From the IMG/VR virus record IMGVR_UViG_3300021598_001257: DNA of 64,000 nt, one strand, 5' to 3'. Under the pieces are notes generated by a model. It worked only from the letters and a program-made list of their open reading frames with translations. It had not been told where the DNA came from and ran no database searches. How positions within the stretch are numbered: the first letter of the stretch is position 1; each line of letters starts with the position of its first letter. Made by a program: the position numbers and the translations under genes. Of this stretch, positions 58,864-64,000 are shown one piece after another. This DNA is from an uncultured virus (IMG/VR IMGVR_UViG_3300021598_001257). Lineage: Duplodnaviria > Heunggongvirae > Uroviricota > Caudoviricetes.

Positions 58864-59682
58864 TCAATACACCGCAATGAGTTCGCTTGCTTTCTTCCTA
58901 CTGCCACTTTTTGCAGCAATAGTTCTTGTTACTTGAATCGGGTAGATTGTAGCATTTTTGTAGAGTTCTCGTGTGATAGGAACATCATGATTAGACACAA
59001 TCACTTTGATACCCTTCGCTGCAAGAGATTCTGTAAGTTGTGCTAATTGAACCTGCTGGTCGGAGGTGAATCCATCAGTAGCATAACTTGTGAAGTTTGC
59101 AGTGGCTGATGCAGGAACATATGGTGGGTCGAAGTAGACAACATCACCTGCTTCCAAGTCTTCATAGAGAGATGAATCTTCAAAAGAAAGTGATGTGAAT
59201 CTCACAAGTTGTTTGGATAAGAAATACATCCTGAAGTTCATCATTTCCTCCGATGGACAAGATGGTTTGTCATACTTACCAAAGGGGACATTAAATCCAC
59301 CTTTACTATTATATCTTGACAAACCATTAAAGCAGTGACGATTCAAGTAAATGAACAGTCGTGCTCTCTCTACAGTATCTGTTGCTTGATTAAAATGCTC
59401 TCGCAACTCTAGATATGCTTCTTTGGTGTTATTCTCTGAAGTGAATAGTTCCTCACAATACTTGATGAAGTTATCATCATTTGGATTCACCAGATTCTGA
59501 TAGATTGCTACCAAATCTTTATTCACATCGTTGAGAATGTATTGTTCTGCTGGTGTATTTAAAGCAACAGCAAGACTACCACCAAATGGTTCACAATAAC
59601 GCTTTGGACTTCCGATGTGAGGAATAAGATGTGGCAGAACTCTCGTTTTGTTTCCTGCCCATTTCAGAAAAGTTTTGTTCAT
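58864..59682 (-). CDS. dam: DNA adenine methyltransferase (Dam/D12 family)
   Basis: LKWAGNK, EPF-GS-AV, LNDVN, FNGL-RYN-KG-FNVPFG and DPPY motifs. Confidence 0.92.
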   Translation of the reverse strand: MNKTFLKWAGNKTRVLPHLIPHIGSPKRYCEPFGGSLAVALNTPAEQYILNDVNKDLVAIYQNLVNPNDDNFIKYCEELFTSENNTKEAYLELREHFNQATDTVERARLFIYLNRHCFNGLSRYNSKGGFNVPFGKYDKPSCPSEEMMNFRMYFLSKQLVRFTSLSFEDSSLYEDLEAGDVVYFDPPYVPASATANFTSYATDGFTSDQQVQLAQLTESLAAKGIKVIVSNHDVPITRELYKNATIYPIQVTRTIAAKSGSRKKASELIAVY

Positions 59683-59688
59683 TTAACC

Positions 59689-60219
59689 TCAGACAAGAAA
59701 TTTCTTTTCATACTCCAACAAATCTGATGGAGCTGGAATAATGTTGTCATCATATTCTACAGCATTTTCCCATCTTGCACCACTCTTTCGATACAACTTG
59801 ATGTCAAGATGCTGGTACTTGAGATTAGTTGGAACGTGTACTTTATAGTCGATACCATTATTCTCTGTGAGCATACTCAACCGCTTGTTCTCATCCTTTG
59901 TGACTGTGATTGTGGAGCAAGATAACCAAAACAGGTTCTCAAATATATCATAATCTGTCAGGTATTTGTCTGGGTTATCCATAATCATTCGACCAATGAA
60001 TTGTGGTGACAAACAGTGGTCATAAGTTCGCTCTTTTCGATTATTCTTCGCTCCTTCACTTATCAATCCAAGATGATTTACCTGAGCACAATCAAACACA
60101 CCAATGTAGTAAATGCGTGTGATGGGTCGGAAGAAATCAGGTTCACCCCAGTTGTCTACATTTGCCTGCAATGAGTTGAATGTTGTTTTGCAGTAGGCTT
60201 TCCAGTTCTTCGGGTTCAT
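59689..60219 (-). CDS. Hypothetical protein, possible His-Me/HNH-like nuclease
   Basis: T-DH--SP ... VTK-EN--L pattern; weak. Confidence 0.5.
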   Translation of the reverse strand: MNPKNWKAYCKTTFNSLQANVDNWGEPDFFRPITRIYYIGVFDCAQVNHLGLISEGAKNNRKERTYDHCLSPQFIGRMIMDNPDKYLTDYDIFENLFWLSCSTITVTKDENKRLSMLTENNGIDYKVHVPTNLKYQHLDIKLYRKSGARWENAVEYDDNIIPAPSDLLEYEKKFLV

Positions 60220-60332
60220 TTTGAGAAAAATCGGTGATTTTGTTGCGGTTGATGGGTTCTAGGTCGGTTGCAGTGAAATTGCAGAAAAATCAGGTTTTTA
60301 CACCTGATGGCCACTTGAGTCTTGAGTGAGAC

Positions 60333-61580
60333 TCACCGCCTCACCACCGACACGGCAGGTTCACCTTTTTCAAAGATGGTATCAACAACCGACTGCACAG
60401 CTTTGGCAGTGCTGATACCAACCTTGCTGTAGACAGGAATACACACAAGACCAAAGCTCTTGGTGTATTGCGACAGGTTGCCAGGTTGGATGCTACCATC
60501 ACGGAGACCTTTTGCATCGTCATGATGTAGACGGATGCAGCGACCAATAGTTTGGCTGATACCGATAAAGTCCATGTTGCGAAGGAACAGAACTGCCTCA
60601 AGTCCAGAGACATTGATGCCTTCAGCTAGGATGCTATGGTGCAGAACAACAAACTTCTTATCGTTATCCTTACCCCATGCGCTCAGAGTGTCAAAGAACA
60701 CCTCACGATTGACCTTCTTGCCGTCAATAACTGCGCCAGTCTTAGCAGTAATATACATCCAGGAATAACCGCGACACTCCAACTGGAAGCAGAAATCAGT
60801 TTCAGTCACCAGAGACACGATTTGCTTGGTTGCCTTAGCACAAATCAGAATCTTACCAACCTTGTTCTCATCAATCGTTTCCAGCAGATTCTCCGAATCG
60901 CGGTCGAAGTTGGTCTGCTTGCCAGTCACCATAGCCAGTTGCTTGACAATAACTTTGGGAGGCACAATGTAACCACCTTCAACCAACTCAGGAGCAGGAA
61001 CTTTGCAGATTACCTGACCATAAACAGCAGCATCATTCATGCCAGGTTTGCCAACTGCCAGAGAATGTTTGGGAGTTGCAGTGAAGAAGTAGCAACGACG
61101 TGCATTAGCAGCAAAGTGCTCAGTTGCAGGAAAGAAGTGACGCTGAACAGAATTATGTGCCTCATCAAAGTAGATCGTATCCACATCAATTCCTGCCACT
61201 TGAAGACGCGACAGAGAGTTGTAGGTAGTGAAGATCAGTTGGTGACGATTAGCAGCAGCACACATACCAGCATGAACAAGAATGTCAGCAGGTTTGGTAG
61301 TGCTAACGTGATGAGTCTCGCCACTGTGAACGTGAAGAACTTCAGCGTTGGTGATAAACTCCAGAAACTCAGCAGAGAGTTGCTCAGCAAGCAAGATGCG
61401 GGGAGCAACAACAACAATGGTCTGGGGAGTTTCAGACTGCAACTCACGCAGACAATCGTAAATCATTTTGAGAGTCTTACCACCGCCAGTAGGAACAATG
61501 ATTTGCCCTTTGTCGTGCTTCTGCATAGCAGCAACACCACGTTCTTGATGAGGGCGAAGATTGATCAGATGAGGAATCAT
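60333..61580 (-). CDS. SF2 DEAH helicase (ResIII-like)
   Basis: LRPHQ, PTGGGKT, DEAH, TATP, EGIN and QTIGRCIR motifs. Confidence 0.88.
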   Translation of the reverse strand: MIPHLINLRPHQERGVAAMQKHDKGQIIVPTGGGKTLKMIYDCLRELQSETPQTIVVVAPRILLAEQLSAEFLEFITNAEVLHVHSGETHHVSTTKPADILVHAGMCAAANRHQLIFTTYNSLSRLQVAGIDVDTIYFDEAHNSVQRHFFPATEHFAANARRCYFFTATPKHSLAVGKPGMNDAAVYGQVICKVPAPELVEGGYIVPPKVIVKQLAMVTGKQTNFDRDSENLLETIDENKVGKILICAKATKQIVSLVTETDFCFQLECRGYSWMYITAKTGAVIDGKKVNREVFFDTLSAWGKDNDKKFVVLHHSILAEGINVSGLEAVLFLRNMDFIGISQTIGRCIRLHHDDAKGLRDGSIQPGNLSQYTKSFGLVCIPVYSKVGISTAKAVQSVVDTIFEKGEPAVSVVRR

Positions 61581-61621
61581 TACGAATTACAGAGTTTCGG
61601 GTGGTTTGGTATCTAAAAAGC

Positions 61622-61657
61622 ATTATAGCACCCTTCCTGACGCTTGTGAAGGGTGCT
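61622..61657 (-). promoter_or_regulatory. Sigma70-type promoter embedded in a 10-bp stem-loop
   Basis: TTCACA-N17-TATAAT; AGCACCCTTC/GAAGGGTGCT inverted repeat. Confidence 0.7.
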
Positions 61658-61669
61658 GATGGCAGTTAA

Positions 61670-61825
61670 TCAACCACCAAACATTTCATCAAACAACCAA
61701 TCACCAGAACGTTCTTTTTCTTCCCAGACTTTGTTAGCGTTTGCTTCAATCATTGCCCGTTCGATTTGAATATCGAGGGTAGATTTGGTGCTGAACCAGT
61801 TACCGTTGCGGTCTTGCCAGAGCAT
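61670..61825 (-). CDS. Hypothetical protein (51 aa)
   Basis: Manual translation MLWQDRNGNWFSTKSTLDIQIERAM...FDEMFGG; follows repeat 12. Confidence 0.65.
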   Translation of the reverse strand: MLWQDRNGNWFSTKSTLDIQIERAMIEANANKVWEEKERSGDWLFDEMFGG

Positions 61826-61847
61826 AGTGTCGTTTGAGTGTTGTCCT

Positions 61848-61878
61848 TATATTACAAGGACAATCTCAGGGGCCCGAT
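61848..61878 (-). repeat. Cassette-boundary repeat, copy 12
   Basis: tatattacaaggacaatctcaggggcccgat. Confidence 0.95.
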
Positions 61879-62505
61879 TCAAGTATCAGGACCAGTGTAC
61901 TTGTGCTTCAATTCACTTTCCTTCTTCTTACCTGTCGCTTTGAGAACCAAATCGCGCAGTTTTTGCTTACCTGCTCTTACCATTTGTTTCTTTTCTGCTT
62001 TGGTATATTTGCCTTTAATCATGTGCTCTTCAGGTTTTCTTGAGCTTGAGAATCTAGAATCTTTGGGTGCTGCCGATGATTTAGGTGCTGCTTTCTTTCT
62101 CAGCAGTTCAGTTGCTTTTGCTTTTAATTCTTTCTCTTTTGGTTTTGCTGCTTCTGGTTTTGCTCCTGCCTTTTTCGCAGCAATTCTTGCCTGTGCAGCT
62201 TTTCTTCTCTCTTCCTTTGCAGCTGCTAGTTGTGCTTCTCTTGCGGACCCACGTTCTTGCTTTGGTGCTTCAATCGTAGACTCACGCTTCTTGCCAATAT
62301 CTTTGCGTGGTTTCTGAACTACAGGTGCAGTCTTTCCACCACCAACTCTCTTTGTTCTACGAATCTCAGGAGTTGTCTTTCTGCGAAGTCTTCCAGTTCT
62401 TCCACCTTCTCCAGTCTTAATGACTTGAGCACCAGAGCGAAACTCTGCATCATAGGTGTCACCAGTTGCTTCGCAAATAGACATAAACTCCTGAAAGGTT
62501 TTCAT
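61879..62505 (-). CDS. Lys/Arg/Ala-rich putative internal head protein
   Basis: Starts MKTFQEFMSICE; own late-promoter-like CTAAATA at 62530-62536. Confidence 0.65.
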   Translation of the reverse strand: MKTFQEFMSICEATGDTYDAEFRSGAQVIKTGEGGRTGRLRRKTTPEIRRTKRVGGGKTAPVVQKPRKDIGKKRESTIEAPKQERGSAREAQLAAAKEERRKAAQARIAAKKAGAKPEAAKPKEKELKAKATELLRKKAAPKSSAAPKDSRFSSSRKPEEHMIKGKYTKAEKKQMVRAGKQKLRDLVLKATGKKKESELKHKYTGPDT

Positions 62506-62532
62506 TGCTATCTAAACACTACTTTTTAGTAT

Positions 62533-62733
62533 TTAGAACTCCACTTCCTTTGCTTTATATGAACCTTTGAATACACGTCCTTCTGCATAGAATTGCTTCA
62601 CACGTTCGCGGCGAGTAGCAAGAAGCAAATCATATTCTTCTTGTTGTTGCTTAGTGAACGTGAAATCTTGCCGCCTCCAAGTATCTTTCAGTTCTTGGAT
62701 GTGGGGAAGCACGTTAGGGATGTGTTCAGTCAT
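62533..62733 (-). CDS. Hypothetical protein
   Basis: 66-aa ORF. Confidence 0.7.
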   Translation of the reverse strand: MTEHIPNVLPHIQELKDTWRRQDFTFTKQQQEEYDLLLATRRERVKQFYAEGRVFKGSYKAKEVEF

Positions 62734-62793
62734 TTGAGTATAATAAAGAATGAAGGGTCAGTATGGGATATTTGGTGGACAGTTTAAAATCTG

Positions 62794-62928
62794 TCAGTAG
62801 TCAATGTTAGAGTTAAGATACTCATTCATATTAAAGTTGTTTTTCTCTTCAATCAATTCGGAGAGATCCTCTTCAATAAAATCAAAATTTTCAAGTTCCT
62901 CAATTTGATTGTCGTCGAACCAGTCCAT
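62794..62928 (-). CDS. Small acidic protein (44 aa)
   Basis: Manual translation MDWFDDNQIEELENFDFIEEDLSELIEEKNNFNMNEYLNSNIDY; follows repeat 13. Confidence 0.65.
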   Translation of the reverse strand: MDWFDDNQIEELENFDFIEEDLSELIEEKNNFNMNEYLNSNIDY

Positions 62929-62942
62929 AATGCTTGGGTGAT

Positions 62943-62973
62943 TACACTATAGAGACAATCCCAGGGGCCCAAT
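62943..62973 (-). repeat. Cassette-boundary repeat, copy 13
   Basis: tacactatagagacaatcccaggggcccaat. Confidence 0.93.
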
Positions 62974-62978
62974 TAAAA

Positions 62979-63359
62979 TCAAAGAGGAGATAGCATCGTA
63001 CTTCCAACCATTCTCTTCACAAATCTATCAGTATTACTCTGATGTTTCGGTTTTGGTGCTGTTGGCTTCATTGGAGAAGGACCAGCTGGAGTTGCTGCAG
63101 ATTTAAGGTTTTTCTGATGAACAGGATCACTCAACTTAAACACACTATTAGGACTGATTGGATCACCAACAGCCTCTCTTATCTTTTTTAAAGGCATATT
63201 CATGCGTTCTTTATATGAACCCTTATCTATAGTCTTAAATCCAGGATTGAACCTTGGTTGACGATTATCAGGAACACCAGGATCTTTTCCAAGCGAATAA
63301 AATGCCTGGACAAGAGATGGTTTTTGCGTTTGTTCTATAAACTGTTTAAAGGTTTTCAT
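62979..63359 (-). CDS. Putative internal head protein
   Basis: Starts MKTFKQFIE; basic; internal IREA possible cleavage site. Confidence 0.6.
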   Translation of the reverse strand: MKTFKQFIEQTQKPSLVQAFYSLGKDPGVPDNRQPRFNPGFKTIDKGSYKERMNMPLKKIREAVGDPISPNSVFKLSDPVHQKNLKSAATPAGPSPMKPTAPKPKHQSNTDRFVKRMVGSTMLSPL

Positions 63360-63366
63360 AGATTAC

Positions 63367-63801
63367 TCATTTTTTAGGGAATGTTCCAGGAATATCTTTA
63401 AATGTTTTTATTTTGTAGTAAGGGTCTTGGTCCTGCTTCTTTCTATACGTATTAAATTCTTTTTCTCTTTGTTGAGCAAGTTCTCTCCTTCTCAATCCAA
63501 CTGGACTCGTTCCTTGTGCCATAGCATCTGTTACTCTTGAACGATATGCTCTTCTATCATCCAATCTATCTCTAACAACATCTGATGGTGTAGATCCAAC
63601 CACAGATCTTGGCGACTCAACAATACTATCTCTCCACTCTTCACTCATATTTGCCATAATAGCAATTGCTGCTTCATTTGTGTCAGCATATCCTTCTGCA
63701 ACCAGATATTCAAGAATGTGGTCAAACAAATCATTATTTTCTTCAACTTGATGAACTTGGTTATATGCTTCTTGAAGATTTCGAAGTTCTTGGGAGTCCA
63801 T
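63367..63801 (-). CDS. Putative virion-packaged protein
   Basis: LQEAY-QV and EYLVAEGYA...IM-NMSEEW--SIVE leader followed by a basic C-terminus; CTAAATA at 63823-63829. Confidence 0.6.
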   Translation of the reverse strand: MDSQELRNLQEAYNQVHQVEENNDLFDHILEYLVAEGYADTNEAAIAIMANMSEEWRDSIVESPRSVVGSTPSDVVRDRLDDRRAYRSRVTDAMAQGTSPVGLRRRELAQQREKEFNTYRKKQDQDPYYKIKTFKDIPGTFPKK

Positions 63802-63831
63802 TGTTACAAATACTTTTTTAGGTATTTAGTA

Positions 63832-64000
63832 TTATTCAAACTCAAGTGGTTTGTTAAGTGGTCTGGGGGGTGGTGTTTGGTAATCAGGCAACATAGAACC
63901 ATCAATCACAACCTGCACTGTTGTTTTATCATTCCAATGCCTCACAGCATTTGCTACAATAAAGCAGTTAGTAATAAAAATAGACAGAAACATCACAAGG
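63832..64000 (-). CDS. Partial small membrane protein (5' end outside the window)
   Basis: Manual translation ...LVMFLSIFITNCFIVANAVRHWNDK...PLEFE*. Confidence 0.55.
   Translation of the reverse strand, partial: LVMFLSIFITNCFIVANAVRHWNDKTTVQVVIDGSMLPDYQTPPPRPLNKPLEFE

Noticed and set aside
60636..61616. 326-aa + strand ORF
   Set aside because: Antisense to the helicase; most simply explained by codon bias on the coding strand.
51416..62973. CRISPR array reading of the 31-bp repeats
   Set aside because: Intervals are 203-3195 bp, irregular and full of intact ORFs; no cas genes are present.
1..64000. tRNA/rRNA genes, introns, inteins, integrase or transposase, and photosynthesis genes
   Set aside because: None recognised by eye, and core genes have normal lengths. 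tRNAscan and Infernal were not run, so small RNAs could have been missed.

Overview
The window is 64 kb of a T4-like myovirus genome, most likely a cyanophage (inferred from gene order, a VrlC-like tail gene and an NblA-like ORF). Essentially all real genes are on the minus strand. About 1-48 kb is the conserved late/structural block: uvsW, uvsY, gp3, gp23, gp22, gp21, gp20, gp19, gp18, gp17, gp16, gp15, gp14, gp13, a split VrlC-like gene, gp8, a gp9/10-like fibre, a 4122-aa gp7-like wedge, gp6 and gp25, with T4-type late promoters (NATAAATA/CTAAATA). About 48-64 kb is a variable region of small ORFs plus a MutH/Sau3AI-like nuclease, a ligase-like protein, a Dam methylase and an SF2 helicase. 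The most striking unexplained structure is a ~31-bp repeat (minus strand AAYTGGGCCCYTGRGATTGTCCYWRTAGTRTR) in 13 same-orientation copies. It divides 51.4-63.0 kb into gene-cassette-like modules, usually abuts the upstream stop codon, often supplies the downstream ATG, and has partial dyad symmetry. Also notable are a family of proteins with T4-like capsid-targeting N-termini, a modular 615-aa putative polyprotein, a VrlC-like gene split around a split S74 chaperone, and an origin-like segment with DnaA-box-like motifs. All protein calls come from motif and synteny recognition by eye; no database searches were run.
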